This document shows, piece after piece, positions 48,899 to 61,238 of a stretch of DNA of 64,000 bases. The position numbers were made by a program, and so were the translations under genes. How positions within the stretch are numbered: the first letter of the stretch is position 1; each line of letters starts with the position of its first letter. The notes below the pieces were generated by a model. The model searched no databases and had not been told where the DNA came from. It worked only from the letters and a program-made list of their open reading frames with translations. This stretch comes from Ranitomeya imitator (lineage: Eukaryota): assembly GCF_032444005.1 (NCBI RefSeq), contig NC_091287.1, positions 504,494,001-504,558,000 on the forward strand, read 5' to 3'.

Positions 48899-50095
48899 CC
48901 CTCACATTACCTTGGACACACCCCCCCCGTGCCATGAAGTTGATGTATAAATAAAGTAACCTGCACAGAAGATTGGTGAGTGCTGCCGTATCTCTTTTTG
49001 CTCTTAAATTTTGCAGAGGCTTTTATACTTTTATGGTAGGTGGGGCGACATATAACGTAAGACCCCCTCCCCCTCCGATATCTATTTCTTGGTATGGTTT
49101 CCTAGCGAAAAAGGTTAGTTGTGAATTCTCACCTGTCTGGCTGAGCACCCATTCACCAATTCCACGGACCCCCACCACCACCAATACACATGATCGGTTC
49201 TGACACGTGTGACCAGTGGGGACGGTGTAGTAAGCCATTGTCGGACACCTGTCACGGCGGCTTATCTCTTGTGGGAATAAAAGGATATGTTTAAATCGAA
49301 CTTGTCTGATCCCTTCTTCCCCCTCCCCCACAATATCATCTGTCAGGGAGGACACCAATCTAATGAGTATGTGGGCCACAAGATAAATCGCTGGTCTTTG
49401 AGCTTAATAGATGGGTGATTTTTATTTGCCCTGGTGGGCTGGGGGAGTGCATGGTTAATTGGGGCTCCTAAGCTGGAGAGCCACCACCTAAAGCTGATTG
49501 ATCGCTGACTTTTGCTCTAGATTTGATTTTTTCCCTAGATTTTTTTAGAACAATATCAAAAACCTATTAGAATCCAAGTAAAGTACCGTAAGTGGTAGTG
49601 ACGTGGAAATGCTGGCGTCCGGCCAGCAGAGAGGGATCGGATGGTGAAGGTTACCTCTGCGCCCACGCGGCCTGCTTTATTACCTGTCCTCTCAGTGTGG
49701 GACACTCACATTTATCCACAGAGCGCTGCTGCTGCAGAACTGCTCGCATGTCTTACATTGTCCCAACATCTCCGCTGTTTTCATAAGCAGCATTGATTGT
49801 GAAATGTTTGGGGTTTTTTTTTGCCTTTAAAGTGTCCGTTCCACAAGGGGATTGTAAGATGGAAATGGATATCCTATAATGTGGAGAGTAACACGTCGCC
49901 CCGAGCGGGGTCTTCATCTACCAAGGCACAAGGGACGAATAACGAGACAGATCCTCTAACGCAGAGTCTTGGCTAGGCTTCTCTTCACATGGGGGCACAT
50001 TTAGGACCCTGGCAATGCAGAGTGGCTTTTTGGACCAGCTCCATTAATCAGCTCCCATACTCCATCAGTCCCCCCGGGAATGCCCCTGTATTGGG

Positions 50096-51134
50096 CAGGG
50101 GTGGGCAATTAATTTTCCCAAGGGGCCACATGAGAGACCTTGACTGTTGTGGAGGGCCGAACCAATAATTCTGTTTAATATTAATTATAATCATTATTTT
50201 ATATGAATGTTAATTGTATCCCTTAATATTGAGCAAAATTAAGTATGCCGACACCCCCTATATACTGTATGAGCCCACACACAGCCCCAATATATATGTA
50301 TAGTAGGAGACCCCACATAACCCCTACATAAAGTATGAGCCCCCTATGTACAGTATGAGCCCAACAGAGCCCCCTTACATACAGTTTGAGCCCCCTATAT
50401 ACAGTACGAGACCCCACATATTCCCCTTAAATGCAGTATTAGCCCCCTACATTCTGTATGAGCCCCCTACATACAGTATAAGCTCCCACATAGCCCCCTA
50501 CATACAGTATAATCCCAACATAGCCCCTCTATATAAAGTATGAACCCCTTAATACAGTATGAGCCTCCACACAGCCCCCTATATACATCATGAGCCCCAA
50601 CACAGCCCCCTTACATACAGGTTGAGCCCCCACACAGTCCCCTGTATACAGTATGGGACCCCACATATTCCCCCTAAATACAGTATAAACCCCCACATAG
50701 CCATCTATATACAGTATGACCCCCAACACAGCCCCCTTACATACATTACGATCTCTCACACAGTACCCCTATATACAGCATAAGCCCCCACACAGTACCC
50801 TTATATACAGTGTGAGCCCCAAATAAACCCCTATATACAGTGAGACCCCAGAAAACATCCCATACCTGTCTCCCGTTCCCCTGGCGCTCTGCCCCGGTCT
50901 CCGGTGCACACAGGCGTGATGTAGTGACGGGATAGTGTCTCAGTTGCACACACTGATTGGTGGGAGGATGTTTTATAGCGGTGGTACCTCGACACGAGAT
51001 GTGGGTGGGAGAGGGCATGGTGCGGTCAGTCGGGCACTGTTTTTAGCCCATTAGGTGTCTCCGTTTGTGGACCGGTTTGGAACAGTAAGAGGGCCGGATG
51101 TGGCCCGTGGGCCGCACTTTCTCCAGATCTCCTG
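50096..51134. mobile_element. hAT-like non-autonomous element with internal degenerate tandem repeat (50250-50850)
   Basis: CAGGGGTGGGCAA start; ggcccgtgggccgcacttt subterminal end; 8-bp TSD not confirmed. Confidence 0.5.
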
Positions 51135-51884
51135 TCCATGGTCCCACTGTGATGGACTCCAGTAGAGATGGTTTTGCTCCTGGTCTGTGTCCTCCTCCTG
51201 CCTAGTTAAAAACATAGCTGCAAATAGACCTATGGGGCCCATTAGGGCCCAGGACCCATCAGATCATCCCGAAATCCTATACGTGGTATCTCATATTTGA
51301 TATAGAATGATACAAATATAATGTTTTGTAACCCAGAGGATCATAGAAATTATGTACAGTCTGAATATAGAATTTATAACATATTCCTTTTATATAATTG
51401 CATGAATTATTCTGGAGATGATCCCTGTAGCTAATAACAATCATATTTATATATAATAGTAAATAAAAGTGTATATCACGAAGAGCGAGCCTCACCCTCC
51501 TCATCTCCCAATTACGCCTCCTTGTAAATCCGTACCAGTCATACGCCAAGGAGGAGGATGGAAACTCACAGTGCCCAGTACTGAACGCGCAGCTTCCTGT
51601 GGATAGAATTGTGCCAATTACTTCATCTTCACTTGTCCTTACCACTAATTACCCCTGCTGGCCATAATTTACACATAATTCATATGGAAATCCACATTAC
51701 GGAGGATAAAAAGAAAACACAAACAAATGAACATCTTGTTGCTATTGAATGTCTGCCCTAGTTACAGACTTATCCACAGTCCTACAGAAGGAAGGATCCT
51801 TTAGACCCCCTCTTAAAGAGGCCCTGACATCAGGTCAAAAGTGGAACATTTTTGCTCTCATTTTATTCCCATTACTTCCCAGAA

Positions 51885-52080
51885 TTATTATTATTGTTAT
51901 TATTTATTATTATTATAGCGCCATTTATTCCATTTAGTACAATAACCTTAGTCAATACAAGTCACGACTGGTACAGGAGGAGAGGACCCTGCCCGCGAGG
52001 GCTCACAATCTACAAGGGATGGGTGAGGATACAGTAGGCGAGGATAGAGCTGGTCATGCAGTGGTTTGGTTGTTGTTGTA
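51885..52080 (-). mobile_element. L2-type LINE 3' end
   Basis: Minus strand gattgtgagccctcgcgggcagggtcctct...ggaataaatggcgctataataat tail. Confidence 0.7.
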
Positions 52081-52174
52081 GTTTTTTTCTTTTAAAACTG
52101 CAATATGGTTCCAGAGATATGGGCCTTTTTTATTTAGTGCACGCCTTTTATGGTCTTTATCAAGAGAACGTGAC

Positions 52175-54940
52175 TCATAAAATTCTATCAGGGGCGTGGC
52201 ATTTAGCATTCTATGCGGAGGTGTGGCTCATAGAATTCTATGCGGGGCAGGCTAATAGAGCTCTCTGTGGGGAGGGGCTAATAGAATTCTATGCAGGGGC
52301 GGGGCTCTTAGAATTCTATGCGTGGCGTGGCTAATAGAACTATGTGGGGAGGGACTAATAGAATTCTATGCGGGGCGTGGCTAATAGAACTCTGTGGGGA
52401 GGGACTAATAGAATTCTATGAGGGGTTGGGGCTCTTAGAATTCTATGCGGGGCGTGGCTAATAGAACTATGTGGGGAGGGACTAATAGAATTCTATGCGG
52501 GGCGTGGCTAATAGAACTATGTGGGGAGGGACTAATAGAATTCTATGCGGGGCGTGGCTAATAGAACTCTGTGGGGAGGGGCTAATAGAATTCTATGAGG
52601 GGCTTGGGCTCTTAGAATTCTATGCTGGGCGTGGCTAATAGAACTATGTGGGGAGGGACTAATAGAATTCTATGCGGGGCATGGCTAATAGAACTATGTG
52701 GGGAGGGACTAATATAATTCTATGAGGGGGCGGGGCTCTTAGAATTCTATGTGGGGTGTGGCTAATAGAACTCTATGTAGGGAGGGACTAATAGAATTCT
52801 ATGCGGGGCGTGGCTAATAGAACTCTGGGGAGGGACTAATAGAATTCTATGAGGGGTTGGGGCTCTTAGAATTCTATGCGGGGCGTGGCTAATAGAACTA
52901 TGTGGGGAGGGGCTAATAGAATTCTATGAGGGGGCAGGGCTCTTAGAATTCTATGCTGGGCGTGGCTAATAGAACTATGTGGGGAGGGACTAATAGAATT
53001 CTATGCGGGGCATGGCTAATAGAACTATGTGGGGAGGGACTAATATAATTCTATGAGGGGGCAGGGCTCTTAGAATTCTATGCGGGGCGTGGCTAATAGA
53101 ACTCTATGTAGGGAGGGACTAATAGAATTCTATGCGGGGCGTGGCTAATAGAACTCTGTGGGGAGGGGCTAATAGAATTCTATGAGGGGTTGGGGCTCTT
53201 AGAATTCTATGCGGGGCGTGGCTAATAGAACTATGTGGGGAGGGACTAATAGAATTCTATGCGGGGCATGGCTAATAGAACTATGTGGGGAGGGACTAAT
53301 ATAATTCTATGAGGGGGCGGGGCTCTTAGAATTCTATGCGGGGCGTGGCTAATAGAACTCTATGTAGGGAGGGACTAATAGAATTATATGCGGGGCGTGG
53401 CTAATAGAATTCTATGTGGGGAGGGACTAATAGAATTCTATGCGGGGCGTGGCTAATAGAATTCTATTCGGGGCGTGGCTAATAGAATTCTATGTAGGGA
53501 GGGACTAATAGAATTCTATGCGGGGCGTGGCTAATAGAATTCTATGCGGGGCGTGGCTAATAGAATTATATGCGGGGCGTGGCTAATAGAACTCTATGTG
53601 GGGAGGGACTAATAGAATTCTATGCGGGGCGTGGCTAATATAATTATATGCGGGGCGTGGCTAATAGAATTATATGCGGGGCGTGGCTAATAGAATTCTA
53701 TGTGGGGAGGGACTAATAGAATTTTATGCAGGGCGTGGCTAATAGAACTCTGTGGGGAGGGGCTAATAGAATTCTATGAGGGGTTTGGGCTCTTAGAATT
53801 CTATGCTGGGCGTGGCTAATAGAACTATGTGGGGAGGGACTAATAGAATTCTATGCGGGGCATGGCTAATAGAACTATGTGGGGAGGGACTAATATAATT
53901 CTATGAGGGGGCGGGGCTCTTAGAATTCTATGTGGGGTGTGGCTAATAGAACTATGTGGGGAGGGACTAATAGAATTCTATGCGGGGCGTGGCTAATAGA
54001 ACTCTGTGGGGAGGGACTAATAGAATTCTATGAGGGGTTGGGGCTCTTAGAATTCTATGCGGGGCGTGGCTAATAGAACTATGTGGGGAGGGGCTAATAG
54101 AATTCTATGAGGGGTTGGGGCTCTTAGAATTCTATGCGGGGCGTGGCTAATAGAACTATGTGGGGAGGGACTAATAGAATTCTATGCGGGGCATGGCTAA
54201 TAGAACTATGTGGGGAGGGACTAATATAATTCTATGAGGGGGCGGGGCTCTTAGAATTCTATGCGGGGCGTGGCTAATAGAACTCTATGTAGGGAGGGAC
54301 TAATAGAATTCTATGCGGGGCGTGGCTAATAGAACTCTGTGGGGAGGGGCTAATAGAATTCTATGAGGGGTTGGGGCTCTTAGAATTCTATGCGGGGCGT
54401 GGCTAATAGAACTATGTGGGGAGGGACTAATATAATTCTATGCGGGGCATGGCTAATAGAACTATGTGGGGAGGGACTAATATAATTCTATGAGGGGGCG
54501 TGGCTAATAGAATTCTATGCGGGGCGTGGCTAATAGAACTCTATGTAGGGAGGGACTAATAGAATTATATGCGGGGCGTGGCTAATAGAATTCTATGTGG
54601 GGAGGGACTAATAGAATTCTATGCGGGGCGTGGCTAATAGAATTCTATGCGGGGCGTGGCTAATAGAATTCTATGTAGGGAGGGACTAATAGAATTCTAT
54701 GCGGGGCGTGGCTAATAGAATTCTATGCGGGGCGTGGCTAATAGAATTATATGCGGGGCGTGGCTAATAGAATTCTATGTGGGGAGGGACTAATAGAATT
54801 CTATGCGGGGCGTGGCTAATAGAATTATATGCGGGGCGTGGCTAATAGAATTATATGCGGGGCGTGGCTAATAGAATTCTATGTGGGGAGGGACTAATAG
54901 AATTCTATGCAGGGCGTGGCTAATAGAATTCTATGCGGGG
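52175..54940. repeat. 24-26-bp G-rich minisatellite (GGCTAATAGAATTCTATGCGGGGCGT)n with higher-order alternation
   Basis: Three unit variants (gcggggcgt, gtggggagg, gaggggttgggg) in recurring order. Confidence 0.98.
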
Positions 54941-55181
54941 TCAGGGCATTTGTCTGCTCTGTATTATTACCTTGTGAACAACACTCCCTGGTTAAGACCA
55001 TGCACTAAATAAAAAGGCCCATATCTCTGGAACTGTATGGTGGATTAAAAATAATCAACAAAACAACAAAAATATCCCAGAATACTCAAGGAAGCAGCAG
55101 TAATAAAATGGTAAACTGTCAATTTCTAATCTAGTAGCAGGTCCTCTTTAAATTGGTCTTCTAAATGGGTAAATCACACAT

Positions 55182-55540
55182 TAAAGGAAATCTGTAACCG
55201 GGGTTCTGCTACCTAATCTGACAGCAGCATGATGTGGAGAAGAGACCCTGATTTCAATTCTAGTTTTGATAAAATCCGTGTTTTATCAGCAAGAGATTAT
55301 CACTAGGGGACTAGTAAATTTGCTGCCATATTCATAAGTGCTATATAACTCCGCCTCCCACCACTGATTGGCAGCTTTCTGCCTATGCACAGTGTAAACA
55401 GAAGCTGCCAATCAGTGATGTGGGTGGGGTTATAGAAAGCTCAGCATTCAGAGGACTGGTAAATATTTAGCAGATAAAACAGTGATTTTATCATAACTGC
55501 AGCAAACAGCCCGTAAGTGATGCATCGCTGGAATCAGGGT
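55182..55540. mobile_element. T2/Kolobok-type MITE (left end and palindromic core)
   Basis: ttaaaggaaatctgtaacc start; core shared with 34470-34647. Confidence 0.65.
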
Positions 55541-56064
55541 CTCGTCATCTACTTTGTGTTCTCTTTATGGTAATAAATATCTGATAATTCCATTGTATTT
55601 AAATTATTTTTCTCTTTTGCATCTTCTAAAATACAAGAAATAGGGCCTGCATTTTGTTTACAAAACAGCGTCACACGTGTCCTCTGGCTGGGTCTGGTAT
55701 TGCAGTTAATTTCATTTAAGCTATGAGGGTCTGAGTGACTCCAGCCTTGAGAGACTTTGTTCGATCCTGAACTGACATAGCATAAATGTGTCGCCAATGT
55801 GGTAACAACTACACAAATACTACTGAATGGTTCTTTAAGGGATTTATCAGAATTTGCATGTGGTCGACTGATGCTGATAGTTTTATCTGTTACACGGCAC
55901 CTGCATGTAAGGCCTCTTTCACACGTCCAGGTAATTCTGGTACCGGAGAAATCGGTACCGGAAGTGTCCGTGTGCTCACTTAGCACATCAGTGTGGCACA
56001 CGTGCGGCAGCCGTGTGCCGACTGAGGACCACACGGACCGTGCAGGAGACAGCGCTACAGTTAA

Positions 56065-56091
56065 GCGCTGTCCCCTGCATGCGGTGCTGAA
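56065..56091 (-). promoter_or_regulatory. Non-canonical REST/NRSF RE1 site, 9-bp spacer
   Basis: Minus strand TTCAGCACC-gcatgcagg-GGACAGCGC; both half-sites perfect. Confidence 0.55.
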
Positions 56092-56588
56092 GCCGGTATT
56101 CATCCCTTCTTCCCAGCTGGAAAGAAGGAATGAAAAATCTTTTTTTTCTCTTTTCTCTTAAAAATAAATTTTGCGCGTTCCCTCCCGCATCCCATCCCCT
56201 GTGCGCCCCCCCCCCCCCACTTGCCAGGAAATACTCACCGACACCCAGCTCCAGCGATGTCTCCTCTCAGCGCCAGCAGCAGGCCCTGTGTGAGCGGTCA
56301 CGTGGTCCCGCTCATTACAGTGAGGAATATGCACATATTCCTCACTGTAATGAGCGGGACCACGTGACCGCTCACACAGCACAGGCTGCAGCCGCTGAGA
56401 GGAGACATCGCTGGAGCTGGGTGTCGGTATTTCCTGGCAAGCGGGGGGGGGGGGCGCACAGGGGATGAGGGGATGGGAGGCGGGAGGGGATGCACAAACT
56501 TTATTTGTAAGGGGAAAGGGAAAAAAAAAAAGATTATTCATTCCTTCTCTCCAGCGAACGCTGCTGGGAAGAAGGGATGAATTCCGGC

Positions 56589-56614
56589 TTCAGCACCACG
56601 GGGGGGGACAGCGC
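56589..56614 (+). promoter_or_regulatory. Non-canonical REST/NRSF RE1 site, 8-bp spacer
   Basis: TTCAGCACC-acgggggg-GGACAGCGC; both half-sites perfect. Confidence 0.55.
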
Positions 56615-57555
56615 TTACTGTAGCGCTGTCTCTCCTGTGGGCGGTACGTGCACACGGAGGAGAGTACACACTGTTCTCCGTGTGCACGTGTTCGGGACGC
56701 TTTGTGGACCGTGCTGCCGGAGAAAAACGGACATGTCTCCGACACATGGTCCGTGAAAACACGGTGACATGTGCATAGACCCATTCATTTGAATGGGTTT
56801 ACGTGTGTCAATGTCTCCGGTACGTGAGAAAACTGTCAGTACACGTACCGGAGAAACTGACATGTGAAAGAGGCCTAAGGGTTCCATTCCTTTGTGTATA
56901 CCGCTCATGGTTACAGACTAATAACAAAGCTTGTGCTGTCAGACTCTGCAGTCAGGCTACAAAGCTAGAAACATTCTGGTTGTGGTTTCACCCTCACAGG
57001 CTCCATCATAGGTGTCCTTGAGAAAGCTCATCAATATCAGATCTGTGATGGTTCGACACCCAAACCCCACACCAGTCATCTGCTATTAGATCTGCTGTCA
57101 GCCTGATATAAATATACAGCACACCTCTGGTCAGTCTGTAGAGTCGGCTGCCATGCACTGCGGATAAGCTCCCATTGAAGAGACTGCGGCCCGATCTGCA
57201 GTTCTCAGCAGGGGCCACTATACAATAAGCAGGGCTGTGCTGTTCATCTCTATTCACTGTTTATATCCAACAGCCAATTAAGTCAAGAACAGCTGGTAAG
57301 TGACGATGTGTCGGACCACCGCCTATCTATCGGACTACAATAGGTCATCAATATTATTTGCTCAGACAACCCCCTTTAAAGTCACACCTCTGATGGGGTC
57401 AGTGACGTTGAAAGTAGAACCAGAACGTTCAAGTCTGTATAGTCTCACTAGGACCAAAGAGAAACTTCAGTTGACATGAGAGCAGTTTACACAAATCAAT
57501 AGCTTTTTTTTTTCCTTTTTAATGAACATCCTTGATCTCACCTATCATGTGTTAC

Positions 57556-57997
57556 TTAAAGGGAATCTGTCAGCAGGTTTTTGCTACCTCATGTGAGAGC
57601 AGCCTGATGTAGGCAAAGAGAAGCTGAATCCAACAATGTATCACTTTGATTACTGGGTGCAGCCATTCTGACACAATTAGCAATTTTTAGATTTAGCAAT
57701 ACAGCAGAGCTGAGGAAGCTAACCCCGCCCACACTACAGCTGACCACACCCACACCAGGCTTTGTAAATACAATGTACATAGACAGTGAGGTGCCTATCA
57801 CAGGAGGGGGCGTGTCAGACTAGCATGCACGCGCTGCTGTGTCCCAGCAATGATTAAGCTCCTGACCCTAAAACAATCATTGCAAGCAAACAAAACCATA
57901 GACCTTGATAAGAGGCATCTCTGACATGTGTGTTTTAACCCCTGCCTTATGCTGTATTCAGATTACATAGGAGAAATCTGCTGACAGATTCTCTAAA
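57556..57997. mobile_element. T2/Kolobok-type MITE
   Basis: ttaaagggaatctgtcagcag ... ctgctgacagattctctaaa termini. Confidence 0.75.
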
Positions 57998-58347
57998 ACT
58001 TGGGCTCTGAGTCTTCAATCAGTTTTCACCAGAATTCTGGTGTAAAATACTTTGAAATGTCGCACAATTTTCTGCCGTTTTTCTGCTAGTCCTGGATTGC
58101 TTTTCCCAAGTGGGGCAGGGCGGGGTGTGGCGAAGCCTTTCTGACAAATTCATCATCATTTTTATGGTGTGAATTACACCAGCAATGTACGGCAGTCGCC
58201 GGCTGGAGCAACCTATCTGGTGGTAACACAAGACAATTAAGAGCCGCTCAATGAATTTGATGCATCTTACTCCAGCGCTCCTTACTGTTTTCTTATGTCG
58301 CAGAAGGGATTTTGGACCTCCTTAGTCACCAGACTCCGGGTGTGATT

Positions 58348-59153
58348 GCTGCCTCTGCATTCCCCGCGGCTACCTCTGCATTCCCCTCGGCTACCTCTGC
58401 ATTCTCCGCGGCTACCTCTGCATTCCCCTCGGCTACCTCTGCATTCCCCTCGGCTACCTCTGCATTCCCCGCGGCTACCTCTGCATTTCCCATGGCTACC
58501 TCTGCATTCCCCGCGGCTACCTCTGCATTTCCCATGGCTACCTCTGCATTGCCCATGGCTACCTCTGCATTCCCCAAGGCTACCTCTGCATTCCCCACGG
58601 CAACCTCTGCATTCCTCGCGGCTACCTCTGCATTCCCCGCGGCTACCTTTGCATTCCCCACGGTTACCTCTGCATTCCCCGCGGCTACCTCTGCATTCCC
58701 CACGGCTACCTCTGCATTCCCCACGGCAACCTCTGCATTCCCCACGGCAACCTCTGCATTCCCCGCGGCTACCTTTGCATTCCCCACGGTTGCCTCTGCA
58801 TTCCCCAAGGCTCCCTCTGCATTCCCAGCGGCTACCTCTGCATTCCCCGCGGCTACCTCTGCATTCCCCTCTGCTACCTCTGCATTCCCCACGGCTACCT
58901 CTGCATTCCCCGTGGCTACCTCTGCATTGCCCACGGCTACCTCTGCATTCCCCACGGCTACCTCTGCATTCCCCTCGGCTACCTCTGCATTCCCCGCGGC
59001 TACCTCTGCATTCCCCGTGGCTACCTCTGCATTGCCCTCGGCTACCTCTGCATTCCCCACGGCTACCTCTGCATTCCCCTCGGCTACCTCTGCATTCCCC
59101 GCGGCTACCTCTGCATTCCCCGCGGCTACCTCTGCATTCCCCTCGGCTACCTC
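58348..59153. repeat. 21-bp minisatellite (GCTACCTCTGCATTCCCCGCG)n, left part
   Basis: Tandem units; source of the ATSAFPA / LPLHSPR / GNAEVAA pseudo-ORFs. Confidence 0.98.
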
Positions 59154-60002
59154 GGCAGATGAGGTTTAACAATGATAAATGTAAGGTTATACACATGGGA
59201 AGAAAGAATCAATATCACCATTACACACTGAATGGGAAACCACTGGGTAAATCTGACAGGGAGAAGGACTTGGGGATCCTAGTTAATGATAAACTTACCT
59301 GGAGCAGCCAGTGCCAGGCAGCAGCTGCCAAGGCAAACAGGATCATGGGGTGCATTAAAAGAGGTCTGGATACACATGATGAGAGCATTATACTGCCTCT
59401 GTACAAATCCCTAGTTAGACCGCACATGGAGTACTGTGTCCAGTTTTGGTCACCGGTGCTCAGGAAGGATATAATGGAACTAGAGAGAGTACAAAGGAGG
59501 GCAACAAAATTAATAAAGGGGATGGGAGAACTACAATACCCAGATAGATTAGCGAAATTAGGATTATTTAGTCTAGAAAAAAGACGACTGAGGGGCGATC
59601 TAATAACCATGTATAAGTATATAAGGGGACAATACAAATATCTTGCTGAGGATCTGTTTATACCAAGGAAGGTGATGGGCACAAGGGGGCATTCTTTGCG
59701 TCTGGAGGAGAGAAGGTTTTTCCACCAACATAGAAGAGGATTCTTTACTGTTAGGGCAGTGAGAATCTGGAATTGCTTGCCTGAGGAGGTGGTGATGGCG
59801 AACTCAGTCGAGGGGTTCAAGAGAGGCCTGGATGTCTTCCTGGAGCAGAACAATATTGTATCATACAATTAGGTTCTGTAGAAGGACGTAGATCTGGGGA
59901 TTTATTATGATGGAATATAGGCTGAACTGGATGGACAAATGTCTTTTTTCGGCCTTACTAACTATGTTACTATGTAACTATGTTACTATGTTACTATGTT
60001 AC
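59154..60002 (+). mobile_element. Short young CR1 insertion, same family as 44104-46366
   Basis: Aligns to 45539-46366 with about nine substitutions and one 3-nt indel; longer (TATGTTAC)n tail. Confidence 0.96.
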
Positions 60003-60706
60003 CTCTGCATTCCCCGCGGCTACCTCTGCATTTCCCATGGCTACCTCTGCATTCCCCGCGGCTACCTCTGCATTCCCCACGGCTACCTCTGCATTACAGA
60101 CGGCTACCTCTCCATTCCCCTCGGCTACCTCTGCATTCCCCTCGGCTACCTCTGCATTCCCTTCTGTTACCTCTGCATTCTACCTCTGCACTCCCCACGG
60201 CTACCTCTGCATTCCCCACGGCTACCTCTGCATTCCCCGCGGCTACCTCTGCATTTCCCGCGGCTACCTCTGCATTCCCCGCAGCTACCTCTGCATTCCC
60301 CGCGGCTACCTCTGCATTTCCCGCGGCTACCTCTGCATTCCCCGCGGCTACCTCTGCGTTCCCCGCGGCTACCTCTGCATTCCCCACGGCTACCTCTGCA
60401 TTCCCTGCGGCTACCTCTGCATTCCCCTCAGCTACCTCTGCATTTCCCGCGGCTACCTCTGCATCCTACTGTACCTCTGCATTCCCTGCGGCTACCTCTG
60501 CATTCCCCTCAGCTACCTCTGCATTCCCCGCGGCTACTTCTGCATTCCCCTCTGCTACCTCTGCATTCCCCGCGGCTACCTCTGCATTCCCCGCGGCTAC
60601 CTCTGCATTCCCCGCGGCTACCTCTGCATTCCCCGCGGCTACCTCTGCATTCGCCGCGGCTACCTCTGCATTCCCCGCGGCTACCTCTGCATTCCCCACG
60701 GCTACA
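60003..60706. repeat. 21-bp minisatellite, right part
   Basis: Same unit resumes after the CR1 tail. Confidence 0.98.
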
Positions 60707-61238
60707 CCCTGACCCCATTATAGAACGGGACTACGATGTCTTACACACAGAAATAAATAAATCCCGATGACTTGTGCTGAATAAGTGTATTACTTTTTAT
60801 GATGTGGATGCGAAAACTCATTTAATACTTCCAAAACTCCCGTTTGCCCTAGTAATCCGGTTTTATGGTTTGGCTTGCAGCTACTATTGGAGCTCGTTTA
60901 TATCCTGCATGCTAGACTGCTTTTTTGCCATCTTACGGCACAGTATTTCACACGATGAGTGCAAAATTGTGCAAGTCCTAAGGGAAGCCATTTATCTGTG
61001 ATCACCAGGAGACATGACTTTTCTTCATATTCTTCCGTAACTCACATTGATTTTATTTTACCCATTTCTGAAGTTGTAAATGACTTAAAAGCCTTCAGCT
61101 CAGATTGTGTGTTTATGGACGGAATGGCCGTCTATTTATCTGTCTCTCTGACAGTATATCTATCTGTAAAATAGCTCTGCCAACCTCTTACAAGAAGGAA
61201 AGACTTCTGCCGCTTGGAACCCAGTGACTGGCGAGGGC

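Larger units (their letters stand above)
47547..49001. mobile_element. Penelope-like retroelement pLTR fold-back insertion
   Basis: 16-bp direct repeat TCTTAAAT(A/T)TTGCAGA at 47531-47546 and 49002-49017; inverted arms 47680-48330 / 48352-49003 with few mismatches; each arm has a hammerhead, AATAAA and a GGTGAGT donor. Confidence 0.8.
55908..56878. mobile_element. PIF/Harbinger-like MITE with long internal inverted repeat
   Basis: TAA TSD at 55908-55910 and 56876-56878; TIR GGCCTCTTTCACA(C/T)GTC; inverted arms ~56045-56320 / 56345-56635. Confidence 0.88.

Noticed and set aside
47672-48937. Duplicated 112-119-aa ORFs (MIVCYFLTSAHAD...)
   Set aside because: Both arms of the inverted repeat; no RT or GIY-YIG motifs, consistent with non-coding pLTR.
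58346-59872. 508-aa repeat-RT fusion ORF
   Set aside because: Chance in-frame join of a 21-bp minisatellite with a truncated CR1 C-terminus.
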